Positions 9,260-19,001 of a stretch of DNA of 38,349 bases are shown here, piece by piece. The position numbers were made by a program, and so were the translations under genes. The stretch spans positions 1 through 38,349 of the forward strand of contig JAWXAQ010000024.1 of assembly GCA_034439575.1 (NCBI GenBank), given 5' to 3'. This DNA comes from Leptospira sp. (GTDB taxonomy: Bacteria; Spirochaetota; Leptospiria; Leptospirales; Leptospiraceae). The first letter of the stretch is position 1. Each line of letters starts with the position of its first letter. The notes under the pieces are model-generated. The model did no database searches. It saw only the letters and a list, made by a program, of their open reading frames with translations, and was not told the DNA's origin.

Positions 9260-11872
9260 ATGCTATCGTATCAACCATTCAAATTTTTTGTCATTTTTTT
9301 ACTATTCTCATTCCCCATTTTTGCTCAAACAAGGCGCAATCATGGATGGTCATCTTCTTCTGATATAAATAGTTTAATGATCGGAGGGTTCGATACCATT
9401 TCCTCGCGTGATGGATTTCGATTCCACTCGCCTGTCAACCTAACGCCTAACCAGGAGATTGATTATTATTTGAGTCTTGGTGAATTGTATCTTAGAAAGA
9501 AAGATAAAGTTGGAATCGCAAATATTCTATATGATCTTCGTATCAAAAAAGGTGATTATGTTTTTGCAGATGCCATCCTTACTTCACTCTGGAAACAAGC
9601 CCAAGGAGAAGAAACACAGGCTGTAAAAGTTTTGGATACTTATATTCAAAAAGAAATTAACATATATTATCGCAATTTAGCGAAAAATATGCGAACGAAT
9701 TTATTTCAAGCTGGCGAAGATGAAAAAAAATCTATCATTCGTATGGATTGTGTTAAATCAAAGCCATACTATTCTCTTTGTAGGACTTTTCGTTTACAAT
9801 ACTATATAGATCTTCCTACCGGCAAAGAAAAGGAAATGCAGAAACATTTTGTAAATATTATGCGTGTAGCTTCTCCATTTTTTGAAGATCCTCAGCTCGA
9901 ATGGATACCACTTCTCGAGCAAATAGATGAAGATCTTCCAAGTAAATTAGCATTTTTGGGACTTATTAAAGAAGCGAATTATTTTCAAAAAATGATTATG
10001 GATCTTGAATTTATCGCAGATGGTGATGTAACAGAAAATTCATTAGAAAGGTTATCTTTCTTTCAAGTTCTTTCCGGTGATTATGTGGAAGCGGAGGCTT
10101 CTTTATTGCGTTATTTAAATATCACCAAAGGAAAAAAATCTTCATTTACGAATCGTATTTACGTTAAGTTAGGCGTTCTTGCCTATTTGCAAAAAAAATA
10201 TGATAAGTCCGTAGACTATTATTTAAAACTAGATATTTCCAATTGGTCTACAAATGTAATACATCCAATTTTGAATGAGCCGTTGAGTATAACGGGCGCT
10301 AAGGATTTGATCGCTGTTAGCATTTGGAGAGCGCAAGGAGCTGAGGCGGCAATCAAAGCATTGCAAAAGATCCAAGATCCAGAAAAACTTACAGAAGATG
10401 ACATTTGGCCAAAATTACGTATGGCACAAATATTAATGGATCAAAATCCAGAGCTTGCTTCTCGCATCACTGACGAAATAATATATATGGCGCAGGGGAA
10501 AGGTTGGCGAAGATTAGAATATGCGGCTACTGTAATGCAGGGCTATACGCAAATATACCGAAAGGAATTTCGTAGATCAACAATAGAATTAACAAAAAGT
10601 AGGGGAATTCTTAATATTGAAAATCAATTTTTTGCCACAGAATTTATAAGAAATTTTGGTTTTATTTTTGCGCATACTGCCTCTGGAAAAAGAGGTCCTA
10701 TCGCTGGAAATATCAGAGAAGGTATCAGTGATTATCAAAACCAAGTTAATTACGAAGATTTATTTTATATTAGAAACTACCGTCCATTATCATTTTCGAC
10801 GGAACAATTTTTTGAATATTCTCTGCAATTTTTAAGAGAAGAAACAGATGGATGGGGATTGTTAGATGCACTCTATCGAAAAGAAAATATCAAAAAAATA
10901 GTAACAAATTCAAATAAACCCTCCGCATTAGCGCAGGTAAAGTTCATTGACCAACAATTAAAATATCTGTCTGGATTTCAATCTCCACGTGAATCAAAAT
11001 TTTTTGATTCAACATACGTAGATGCAAGACAAAACGAAGCAAGTTTACTTACCAAACAAGAAGAAGAATCCGTAATTAAATCTTTGGAAACTGCGAAAGT
11101 TCCTGCTGTAATATTAATTCCTCAAAAAGAATCCATATTTTTGTTTTTTTATCATCCAAAAGAAACTAAAAAGAATGCCCTTTCATGGAAAGAAATTCGA
11201 AACACTCGCATCGATTCACTGGAAGTATCGGAATCGATAAACGACTTTTATCATTTAACAAAAGAATCCGAGTCTTTACAATTTTATTTCAATGAAGCTG
11301 GAGTTGTAGCCCTAAAAAATTTGCGAAGAGATTTTAAAGATAAAAATTTTAGTTTATTTGCCTTTATGTTTCCTTCAAATGATATAGTTAAGCCACAGAC
11401 GGTGGTTAGTTGGGATTGTCCATTTAGGGAAACGTCATATAAGATAAAAGGAATTACATTAGTTGATAGAAGTTATTTTGAAGGTACTCGCATACTTAAA
11501 GATAAAGATAGGGCGCATTTATGGGATTTTGATTCAAATCAATCCACAAATTCCAACTTAACGGATTTAAGTTGGTCTTGCAAAAATTTAGCTGGTACTT
11601 TTGATCAAATTACACTGACAAGAATGTATCGCAGGATTGATTACCGAACTGTTCCGAAAGTGATCCTATATTCTCAAAAAGTTTTAAAAAAGGGAATTAC
11701 AGATGGTTTTTCAGAGCATTATGATTGGAACCAATTTTGGTTTCGTGCTGGTGTAAAATCCACTGTTTATCTGCCAAATTGGCCTTACTCTGAAATTACT
11801 GGAACTAGCGGTTATTTCGATCAGAATATTTTGAAGGAAGAAGGCTTTTGGATCACGCAGGTGCCTCAATAA
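9260..11872 (+). CDS. Exported TPR-like helical protein with a degenerate CHAT-like C-terminus
   Basis: Signal peptide MLSYQPFKFFVIFLLFSFPIFAQ after a GGAG RBS; TPR-like segments (IYVKLGVLAYLQKKYDKSVDYYLK); C-terminal FWFRAGVKSTVYLPNW. Confidence 0.75.
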   Translation: MLSYQPFKFFVIFLLFSFPIFAQTRRNHGWSSSSDINSLMIGGFDTISSRDGFRFHSPVNLTPNQEIDYYLSLGELYLRKKDKVGIANILYDLRIKKGDYVFADAILTSLWKQAQGEETQAVKVLDTYIQKEINIYYRNLAKNMRTNLFQAGEDEKKSIIRMDCVKSKPYYSLCRTFRLQYYIDLPTGKEKEMQKHFVNIMRVASPFFEDPQLEWIPLLEQIDEDLPSKLAFLGLIKEANYFQKMIMDLEFIADGDVTENSLERLSFFQVLSGDYVEAEASLLRYLNITKGKKSSFTNRIYVKLGVLAYLQKKYDKSVDYYLKLDISNWSTNVIHPILNEPLSITGAKDLIAVSIWRAQGAEAAIKALQKIQDPEKLTEDDIWPKLRMAQILMDQNPELASRITDEIIYMAQGKGWRRLEYAATVMQGYTQIYRKEFRRSTIELTKSRGILNIENQFFATEFIRNFGFIFAHTASGKRGPIAGNIREGISDYQNQVNYEDLFYIRNYRPLSFSTEQFFEYSLQFLREETDGWGLLDALYRKENIKKIVTNSNKPSALAQVKFIDQQLKYLSGFQSPRESKFFDSTYVDARQNEASLLTKQEEESVIKSLETAKVPAVILIPQKESIFLFFYHPKETKKNALSWKEIRNTRIDSLEVSESINDFYHLTKESESLQFYFNEAGVVALKNLRRDFKDKNFSLFAFMFPSNDIVKPQTVVSWDCPFRETSYKIKGITLVDRSYFEGTRILKDKDRAHLWDFDSNQSTNSNLTDLSWSCKNLAGTFDQITLTRMYRRIDYRTVPKVILYSQKVLKKGITDGFSEHYDWNQFWFRAGVKSTVYLPNWPYSEITGTSGYFDQNILKEEGFWITQVPQ

Positions 11873-11902
11873 ATCTGACATAATAATAAATTACTCCGAC
11901 AA

Positions 11903-11930
11903 TTGACAAATTTTCTTAAAAATATAGGCT
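11903..11930 (+). promoter_or_regulatory. Putative sigma70 promoter for the CNNM-coaC-coaB operon
   Basis: TTGACA(11903-11908), 16-nt spacer, TAGGCT(11925-11930). Confidence 0.5.
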
Positions 11931-12001
11931 GACACAACTCCCACTAGCAGAATACTTACCTTTGAATTCATCTTCTTTGGAGGAAGATCTCTACATCCGC
12001 A

Positions 12002-12082
12002 ATGGACCCTGATAGTACGCTTTTGATTATTTCTTTTTCTCCCACTCCAACATTTTTTGGTATGAAACAACCGTGGAATTGA
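12002..12082 (+). other. Short upstream ORF ([26 protein letters not shown]) overlapping the CNNM gene start in another frame
   Basis: ATG12002 to TGA12080-12082, read directly; translation not demonstrated. Confidence 0.35.
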
Positions 12083-13446
12083 TTGGCATATTTTTTATAC
12101 TTCTCTTAGTTTTTGTCAATGGATTCTTCGTAGCCGCCGAATTCTCCATGGTTTCTTTACGACCTTCTAGGTTGGAAGAACTCGTCAAAGAAAACCGATC
12201 GATGGCCTTACTTACGAAAAAGGCCGTAACAAAATTGGACGATATGCTTTCTGTTTGCCAGGTCGGAATAACAATTGCTAGCTTACTTTTGGGTTGGATT
12301 GGTGAAGAATACTTTTCGAAAATTGTAAGTAGCATTTTTCATTTACTAAATTTACCAATTGATCAAGTAACAATCCATAGTATCTCTATTGGTGTGGCAT
12401 TTACTCTGATAACATTATTTCATGTGATACTTGGTGAATTAGTTCCTAAAACATTAGCGATTCAAAATACAGAAAGTATTGCTTTGGGAGTCGCCGCACC
12501 CATGTGGCTTTTTTATTATTTGTTTTTTCCTGTTACTTTCATAATGAATTCAATTTCTGGCGGTGTGCTAACATTATTTAGGCTTCAGCGAACAGGCGAT
12601 AAATATGTCCATTCTGCGGAAGAATTGATGATCATTATTGAAGAACAGAGAAAACAAGGTCGCATTGACAATGAAGAGATGCGACTGATACAAAAAACTT
12701 TTGATTTTTCTGAACATACGGCAAGAGATGTGATGACACATAGACTTTCAATCGTCGGAATTCCACAAGATTCGACAATTGATAAAATGTTACCAGTCAT
12801 TGCTGAGCATAACTTTTCAAGATACCCAGTTTATGATCAAACATTAGACAAAATAACAGGCATTATACACGTTCAAAAGTATTTAAAATGGCAAGCAGAA
12901 CACACATCCAGTAAAGGTAAAAAAGAAAAGATCACTTCTATCATGCAGAAAGATTTTGCCTTTGTGCCTGAGTCAATGTCCATCGAACGAGTAATGAAAA
13001 AATTACGCGAAAAAAAACAACATATGGCCATTGTTGTGGATGAGTACGGTGGTGTTGCGGGATTACTTACCTTAGAAGATATAATCGAAGAATTTTTTGG
13101 TGAAATACGCGACGAAACAGATACGGACGAAAAAGATACTCCTCTCGTCAAACGTGCAAAAACGATAGTTTTAGACGGCGAAACGGAAATAGATAGTCTC
13201 ACCTATATATTAGAAGGCGAAGAGCCTGCCGACTTAGAAGAAGTAAGAACTATTGCAGGTTTTTTCTTGGATAAAAATGAAGATATGCCAAAGGAAGGAA
13301 GTGTCGTTCAGATTAAAAAAGGAATCCTTAAAGTCAAAAAAATGGATGGAAACAAAATAGTTTCCATATCTTTTACTCCAAAAGATAACATCATGGCGGA
13401 AGAATCACCGGATAATGAAAAGGATTCCAACTCCGAGGACAGATAA
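12073..13446 (+). CDS. CNNM/CorB (HlyC/CorC, 'hemolysin family') Mg2+/Co2+ transporter-like protein: DUF21, CBS pair, CorC_HlyC domain
   Basis: [58 protein letters not shown] motifs; GTG start. Confidence 0.92.
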   Translation: MELIGIFFILLLVFVNGFFVAAEFSMVSLRPSRLEELVKENRSMALLTKKAVTKLDDMLSVCQVGITIASLLLGWIGEEYFSKIVSSIFHLLNLPIDQVTIHSISIGVAFTLITLFHVILGELVPKTLAIQNTESIALGVAAPMWLFYYLFFPVTFIMNSISGGVLTLFRLQRTGDKYVHSAEELMIIIEEQRKQGRIDNEEMRLIQKTFDFSEHTARDVMTHRLSIVGIPQDSTIDKMLPVIAEHNFSRYPVYDQTLDKITGIIHVQKYLKWQAEHTSSKGKKEKITSIMQKDFAFVPESMSIERVMKKLREKKQHMAIVVDEYGGVAGLLTLEDIIEEFFGEIRDETDTDEKDTPLVKRAKTIVLDGETEIDSLTYILEGEEPADLEEVRTIAGFFLDKNEDMPKEGSVVQIKKGILKVKKMDGNKIVSISFTPKDNIMAEESPDNEKDSNSEDR

Positions 13447-13982
13447 TGTCGGACAAAGAAATTATTATCGCTGTCACAGGTTCCATCGCGGCATACAAGT
13501 CGTGCGAATTGGTTCGTAACCTAATAAAAAAAGGTTTTCCAGTAAGAGTCATAATGACAAAAAATGCCACTCAATTCATTGGAAAAATAACATTCGAAGC
13601 ATTAACTGGCAAACCAGTTCGCATAGATGAATATGATACAGGTATGGCCCATATAGAAATTAAAAATCTTGCCTCCGTCTTTGCAGTTGTACCTGCGTCT
13701 GCAAATATCATCGGAAAATTGGCCAATGGGATCGCTGATGATCTGGTGACTTCGACTTACTTAGCCAATACAAGTCCAGTTTTAATCGCTCCTTCCATGA
13801 ACCCTGGAATGTACATGCACAAAGCTGTTCAAAGAAATTTGCAAATTTTAAAAAATGATGGTGCTTCTATCGTTTCACCTGACAAGGGTGTTGTGGTATG
13901 TGGTGATGAAGGTTACGGAAAATTAGCATCTATTGAAGTCATAGAAGAAGAAATTATCAAACTTCACTTAATCGGTAAATAG
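13446..13982 (+). CDS. coaC: Phosphopantothenoylcysteine decarboxylase (HFCD flavoprotein)
   Basis: [48 protein letters not shown] overlap with the upstream gene. Confidence 0.92.
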   Translation: MSDKEIIIAVTGSIAAYKSCELVRNLIKKGFPVRVIMTKNATQFIGKITFEALTGKPVRIDEYDTGMAHIEIKNLASVFAVVPASANIIGKLANGIADDLVTSTYLANTSPVLIAPSMNPGMYMHKAVQRNLQILKNDGASIVSPDKGVVVCGDEGYGKLASIEVIEEEIIKLHLIGK

Positions 13983-13987
13983 ATTTC

Positions 13988-14662
13988 ATGGCAACGTTTC
14001 GTAAGGTGATTGTTACATCTGGGCCGACAAGGGAATGGATTGACCCAGTTCGATATATTTCAAATGCATCATCTGGTAAAATGGGTTTTCATATTGCCGA
14101 AGAATTTGTAAAAAAAGGAAACTTCGAAGTAATCTATATACATGGAAACACTTTAGAAAAATTTGCAAATGTTCCAAATGCAAATAATATTTCTGTAGAA
14201 ACTACGATTCAATTGCGTGATGCAGTTTTAAAAGAACTAACAGGCGATAGTTTGCTAGTCATGGCTGCTGCTCCTGCCGATTTCCGGCCAATTATGACGG
14301 CAAAACATAAAATTAAAAAAGAAGATCAATCTGGCGAAAAACAAGGGTTACTCTTAGAATTAGAAGAAAATCCAGATGTATTGGTTCAGGTTTCAGAACA
14401 TATTAAATCAAATAACATTGAAAATGTGATTCGAGTTGGGTTTGCCGCCGAAACTCAAGACTTAGATAAAAATGCGATTTCAAAAATTATAAAAAAGAAT
14501 TTAAATCTGATCGTTGGAAACTTTGTCGGTAATGGAAAAGGATTCGGTGAAATAGATAGTTCAGTCAACATTTATGCGTTAAGCGGACTTATTAAATCTA
14601 TCGGGCCACTTTCAAAGGAAGATATCGCCAAACAATTGGTAGAGTATTTACTGGCTTTCTGA
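13988..14662 (+). CDS. coaB: Phosphopantothenate--cysteine ligase
   Basis: VTSGPTREWIDPVRYISNASSGKMG, MAAAPADF, VGFAAET. Confidence 0.93.
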   Translation: MATFRKVIVTSGPTREWIDPVRYISNASSGKMGFHIAEEFVKKGNFEVIYIHGNTLEKFANVPNANNISVETTIQLRDAVLKELTGDSLLVMAAAPADFRPIMTAKHKIKKEDQSGEKQGLLLELEENPDVLVQVSEHIKSNNIENVIRVGFAAETQDLDKNAISKIIKKNLNLIVGNFVGNGKGFGEIDSSVNIYALSGLIKSIGPLSKEDIAKQLVEYLLAF

Positions 14663-15004
14663 ATTTGTATTGAAAGCAAAGGCAAAATAACCCGCGAGTA
14701 GTATAAATGCGAAACTTATAATATAATTCCATTTTACTTTTTCTCCCAGAATAAAAACAGCAAAACCCATAAATACTACTATGGTAATTATTTCTTGAAT
14801 GATCTTTAATTGGAATCCTTCAAATTTATATTGAGAATAGCCGATCCGATTTGCAGGAACCATTAGCACATATTCAAAAAATGCTATTCCCCAAGAAAAC
14901 ATTATCACCGTAAATAGATGGTTTGATTTAGCGTATTTTAAATGTCCATACCATGCAAAAGTCATAAATAAATTGGAAAAAAATAAAAGGATTACAGTGA
15001 GCAT
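14648..15004 (-). CDS. Small DMT-superfamily membrane protein (DUF486/DMT_6 type)
   Basis: SNLFMTFAWYGHLK, SWGIAFFEY..MVPANRIG, QLKIIQE signature; four TM helices. Confidence 0.88.
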   Translation of the reverse strand: MLTVILLFFSNLFMTFAWYGHLKYAKSNHLFTVIMFSWGIAFFEYVLMVPANRIGYSQYKFEGFQLKIIQEIITIVVFMGFAVFILGEKVKWNYIISFAFILLAGYFAFAFNTNSESQ

Positions 15005-15094
15005 AAATTACAGAAAAATTTAAATTACTAGTAAATTCAATCAGTTTGATAAAAAGAAATCGGAAAATATAACCATTTCTTTTGGTATGGTGAT

Positions 15095-16258
15095 ATGAAC
15101 ACACATTGGGAGGACCTTCAAAATCAAATCGACATTATCAAAAAAAAGAGTCTCTATCGCAAATGCGTAGAAACTTCTGGGATTGATTTTTGTTCAAATG
15201 ATTATTTGGGACTGGCAAGTAATGATGAATTGAAAGAAGAATTCATAAAAAATGCTCGTTTACACACGACAGGTTCAACTGCTTCTCGTTTGGTGAAAGG
15301 TCACAGGAAAGAAATGACGACCTTTGAACAAAACTTTTCGGAGTTTGTTGGCACAGAAGCAAGTTTAATCGTATCTACAGGTTATGTGGCAAATATGGGA
15401 TTGATTGATACGATCGCCGATTCGCAGACTATAATATTTACCGATAGACTCAATCATGCATCAATACTTGATGGGATTCGAATTTCTGGTGGAATTAAAA
15501 AATATTATCACCACTTGGATATGGATCATCTAGAATTTCTGTTGGAGTCTATTTCACTCGAGCCTAATTATTCAAAAAAGAAAAAGATTATAGTTTCAGA
15601 AACTTTATTTAGTATGGATGGTGACTCTCCCGACTTAAAGCGGCTAATGAAAATTAAACGAAGATTTGATTGTACACTTATTTTAGATGAAGCGCACGCA
15701 TTGGGAGTGTTTGGTGACAGTGGGCGCGGCATGTGCTTTGAACAATTGGAATCGGAAGAAATTAAAAATATTGAATATAGAATTTATACACTTGGGAAAT
15801 CTCTGGGACTCGAAGGGGGCATTATTTCTACTTCAATGATTGGTCGCGAATTCTTGGTAAATCGAATGAGAGCATTTATCTATAGTACAGCACCCATGCC
15901 AATTATTTCTGCGACAGCTTCAAAAAGTTTGCAAATGTTAAAGATGGCAAATAGGGAAAGAACCCATCTGAAATTTATAGCAGAAACTTTTCGCATGGAG
16001 ATGATAAAATTGGGATACTCTCTCTCTCCTAGTAGTTCGCATATCATACCCGTCCTCATGGATACAGAGGAAATAGCTTTAGAATATTCTGATATACTAA
16101 AGGATAAAGGATATGACATTCGAGCCATTCGTCCTCCGACAGTTCCCACACCGAGACTTCGCGTTAGTTTAAATGCAAAACTGAAAACGGAAGATATAAA
16201 TTCCTTGCTTCGCTGTTTTGCGGAAATCAAACAAGGCAAATCTCCGAACCAATTTTAA
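15095..16258 (+). CDS. bioF: 8-amino-7-oxononanoate synthase (PLP aminotransferase class I/II)
   Basis: DFCSNDYLGLA, GSTASRLV, DRLNHASILDG, FSMDGD, DEAHALG, TLGKSLG (PLP Lys), AIRPPTVP. Confidence 0.9.
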   Translation: MNTHWEDLQNQIDIIKKKSLYRKCVETSGIDFCSNDYLGLASNDELKEEFIKNARLHTTGSTASRLVKGHRKEMTTFEQNFSEFVGTEASLIVSTGYVANMGLIDTIADSQTIIFTDRLNHASILDGIRISGGIKKYYHHLDMDHLEFLLESISLEPNYSKKKKIIVSETLFSMDGDSPDLKRLMKIKRRFDCTLILDEAHALGVFGDSGRGMCFEQLESEEIKNIEYRIYTLGKSLGLEGGIISTSMIGREFLVNRMRAFIYSTAPMPIISATASKSLQMLKMANRERTHLKFIAETFRMEMIKLGYSLSPSSSHIIPVLMDTEEIALEYSDILKDKGYDIRAIRPPTVPTPRLRVSLNAKLKTEDINSLLRCFAEIKQGKSPNQF

Positions 16259-16300
16259 ATTTTTTAAAATCAAACTTGCCATGTTTGTGCGAATCATGTA

Positions 16301-16411
16301 TGCCTTGGCGGAAGGGCAAAGCGGGTCGCCCACGATCCACACCCCCCTCCCAAGACAGGGTGGGGGGTCGAAAAATTCCCCCCAAATTCCCCCCATTCTT
16401 ATTTTTTCCCC
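16301..16411. repeat. GC-rich intergenic element: hairpin plus exact tandem 11-mer
   Basis: ACCCCCC-T-CCC-aagaca-GGG-T-GGGGGGT (16341-16368); AAATTCCCCCC twice (16373-16394). Confidence 0.6.
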
Positions 16412-16445
16412 TAAACCGCTTAATTTGTCCGATAGGAATGATAGT

Positions 16446-17630
16446 ATGTCGTTCCGTTTATTGTTACTAGTGATTCTGATGCAGACGTTTTTTTGTGAGG
16501 CCTTGTTCCCACAATCTACAGAGGCTCCTCTAGCGTTTGCTTTCCGCAGCCAAGACAGTCTCGATCCCACCAGAATGATTGTCGTAGGGGACGTCATTGG
16601 CGTGGAGAAACCTAGTTTCTTTGAAGCGGACCAAGTAGCTGCAGAATTGGAAGTTGATACTCGGCCAGACACAGTGACCATCAAAGTTCTAAACCCGAAA
16701 GGAATACGTCCAGGACAAACATTATACTTATTGGAAAAGAATTTAGATCATAAAACATACCGCGATGGAAATATTGTTGGTATGATTACCGTTAAGTCTG
16801 TATTCCAAACAACATTTTTTGGATGGCAGGTTCGAGGTGAAGGCTATCTTCGCCTAATTGAAGATAGGCCAATGACAGCGGCTCTTCCTATCGATACGAC
16901 TAAGTATGAAGAAGCCATACTTGCAAAACGGCAAGGCGATTATTTTGTGGCTAAAGGCAAGTTAGATGAAGCTATTCGGTTATATAAAAAATCAATTTCA
17001 TTGGATACCAAATATCCTGATACTCATTTCGCCTTGGGCAAAGTTCACTGGCAAGACGGTGAGGGCTATATATCTGCTGCATACGAATTTTCACAAGCTT
17101 GGAAAAACAGGGAACGGTTTTCTAACCAGCAAGAAAAACTTATTTTTTTATTAGAATATATGAGATTTCTAATGTATCATTATAAAACTGAGGGTAAGGA
17201 AAATAAGAAAACAATTGAACTTTTGCCACAAATTGCTAAAGAAGCCAGGATGATAAATCCAAAAAACTTCGAGGTTTGGTTGTATAGTTTTGAATCAGCT
17301 TTCCTTAATTATAAAAGGTCTGGCGATATGGCTTCTGGAATTGACTCACGCAAAGAAAAAGATATTTGGTTAGAAGAAGCACAAAGATCATTAGATAAAG
17401 CTTTAACAATTAGAAAATCAGATTTTTATCTTCAAAAATTAGCATGTGAATTTTATCATTCAAAGTGGAAAGACTCAGCTCGGGGCTCGCAAGATGAAAA
17501 AGATAACCGAGATAAGGTTGCTTATCATGGAAAAATGTTAAGACTTTATTATACAGGTGATACTACAATCCCGGATGAATTATTATCTGCTATTCGTAGA
17601 GCAGAAAAAGAAACGGGCTTATTCCGATAA
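16446..17630 (+). CDS. Exported tetratricopeptide-repeat protein
   Basis: Signal peptide MSFRLLLLVILMQTFFCEALFP; TPR GDYFVAKGKLDEAIRLYKKSISLDTKYPDTHFALGKVH; N-terminal beta-rich domain. Confidence 0.85.
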   Translation: MSFRLLLLVILMQTFFCEALFPQSTEAPLAFAFRSQDSLDPTRMIVVGDVIGVEKPSFFEADQVAAELEVDTRPDTVTIKVLNPKGIRPGQTLYLLEKNLDHKTYRDGNIVGMITVKSVFQTTFFGWQVRGEGYLRLIEDRPMTAALPIDTTKYEEAILAKRQGDYFVAKGKLDEAIRLYKKSISLDTKYPDTHFALGKVHWQDGEGYISAAYEFSQAWKNRERFSNQQEKLIFLLEYMRFLMYHYKTEGKENKKTIELLPQIAKEARMINPKNFEVWLYSFESAFLNYKRSGDMASGIDSRKEKDIWLEEAQRSLDKALTIRKSDFYLQKLACEFYHSKWKDSARGSQDEKDNRDKVAYHGKMLRLYYTGDTTIPDELLSAIRRAEKETGLFR

Positions 17631-18908
17631 GATTTTCATACTTTTTTCAAACAAAAATTCTTCCAAATATAACATATCGTCTGGCGCTGAGCTAAAATAG
17701 TTAACTCCCAGATGATAATGATCTCCACGATCCAAATATCTGATGATTTCTCCACGTAAAATTAACATTCTATCCTTTTGCAAAGGAATGAACATCTTTA
17801 TAATATTATGCCTTTTTAAATAATGAAACAATCGTTTGTCTTGGATTTCGAAGAGGAGCCCATCTAAAGAAATATCAACAACGCGAGTTGTGCTTTGCAT
17901 AGTCTCATAACTTCCTGCCTGTATGGCAATTTTTGTAAATGCATAACTTACAATTTCACTAAGTTCATGTATATAAATTGCCTGAGCATGTGAAATGGTA
18001 AAACGATCCATTGCTGTAGAATATGCCTTTATATAACCTACAACATCTTCATACAATCGAATTGGTGCAATGACATATGAAACAAAAAAATCTCTAGACT
18101 CAGCCTTTCTCATTGTTTCAAAGAATTCTATAGTAAATTCTTCATCGAATTCCATTGACATTTTAGTATATTCGGAATTATAATTGAAAAGGTATTCGCT
18201 TTTGGTTTCTTGAATATAAGATTCGATGCGATTGCAATCTGAAATATAAATAGTTTTCCCTGTATTTTGTAAGGTATTTTTCAAAAACGAATCCGATTCC
18301 GAAAGAAACTCATTCTCATCAAAAAATTTCAAATCATAATCTTTCGAAACTTTTTGAATTGCTTCTGTGAGAATTAAATTTAATAGTTTTACATCAGGTC
18401 TATCTTTTCGAATTTCCTTCATTAGGTGAGGAAATCTGCTTTCAGCATAAAGATTTTTACCTACCTCTCTTGAACCACCAGCGAGTGATCTGAACAGAAT
18501 GATAAAATTCATAAATAAATCATCTACAGGAATTCGACGATTCGTTCTTAGTTGGTAGGATTGTAATTCGGTGGGTGTACGAATTGTTATTTGTTCTTGG
18601 TGTATGTCATTGATTACTACCTCAAATTGGTAGTTGATATTCATAACCTCAAATCGAACGCGAGCCCGTCTTGAACCTTTTTCCTCAAGATCTGGTATAG
18701 TAAGAATCACAGTATCCGTTCGAATGTCTTCAACTGCTGCGATTAAAATTTCTTCTTCGTAAATAAATTCAAATTCTCGATTGTCTGCTTTTAAATAATA
18801 AAACAGATGTTTTACGACATTTACATCGGAACCGATGATAGTCTCCTCAAAAAGAGACTCAAGAACCGTAATTAATTCCTGCATACTATCTGTTCTGCCG
18901 ATGGCCAT
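17619..18908 (-). CDS. DUF1577-type protein (YcgR/PilZ-like with an inserted GAF-like domain), putative c-di-GMP receptor
   Basis: RTNRR (RxxxR) and DISLDG (DxSxxG) PilZ motifs; SYVIAPIRLYEDVVGYIKAY GAF-like strands between them. Confidence 0.8.
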   Translation of the reverse strand: MAIGRTDSMQELITVLESLFEETIIGSDVNVVKHLFYYLKADNREFEFIYEEEILIAAVEDIRTDTVILTIPDLEEKGSRRARVRFEVMNINYQFEVVINDIHQEQITIRTPTELQSYQLRTNRRIPVDDLFMNFIILFRSLAGGSREVGKNLYAESRFPHLMKEIRKDRPDVKLLNLILTEAIQKVSKDYDLKFFDENEFLSESDSFLKNTLQNTGKTIYISDCNRIESYIQETKSEYLFNYNSEYTKMSMEFDEEFTIEFFETMRKAESRDFFVSYVIAPIRLYEDVVGYIKAYSTAMDRFTISHAQAIYIHELSEIVSYAFTKIAIQAGSYETMQSTTRVVDISLDGLLFEIQDKRLFHYLKRHNIIKMFIPLQKDRMLILRGEIIRYLDRGDHYHLGVNYFSSAPDDMLYLEEFLFEKSMKILSE

Positions 18909-19001
18909 ACCTTAATTATCGTGTTTCGAAATGCGAAAATGGAAGATGGATCGCGGAAAAATTGAATGGGAAACGACAGAATACGCCGAAAGAGGAAGTA
19001 T

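Noticed and set aside
12073..13446. 'Hemolysin' (TlyC) as a virulence toxin
   Set aside because: The DUF21-CBS-CorC architecture indicates a CNNM/CorB metal-transport family protein; the hemolysin label is historical
16218..16445. 76-aa Pro/Gly-rich N-terminal extension of the TPR ORF
   Set aside because: It is a translation of the GC-rich intergenic element; the signal peptide starts at ATG16446
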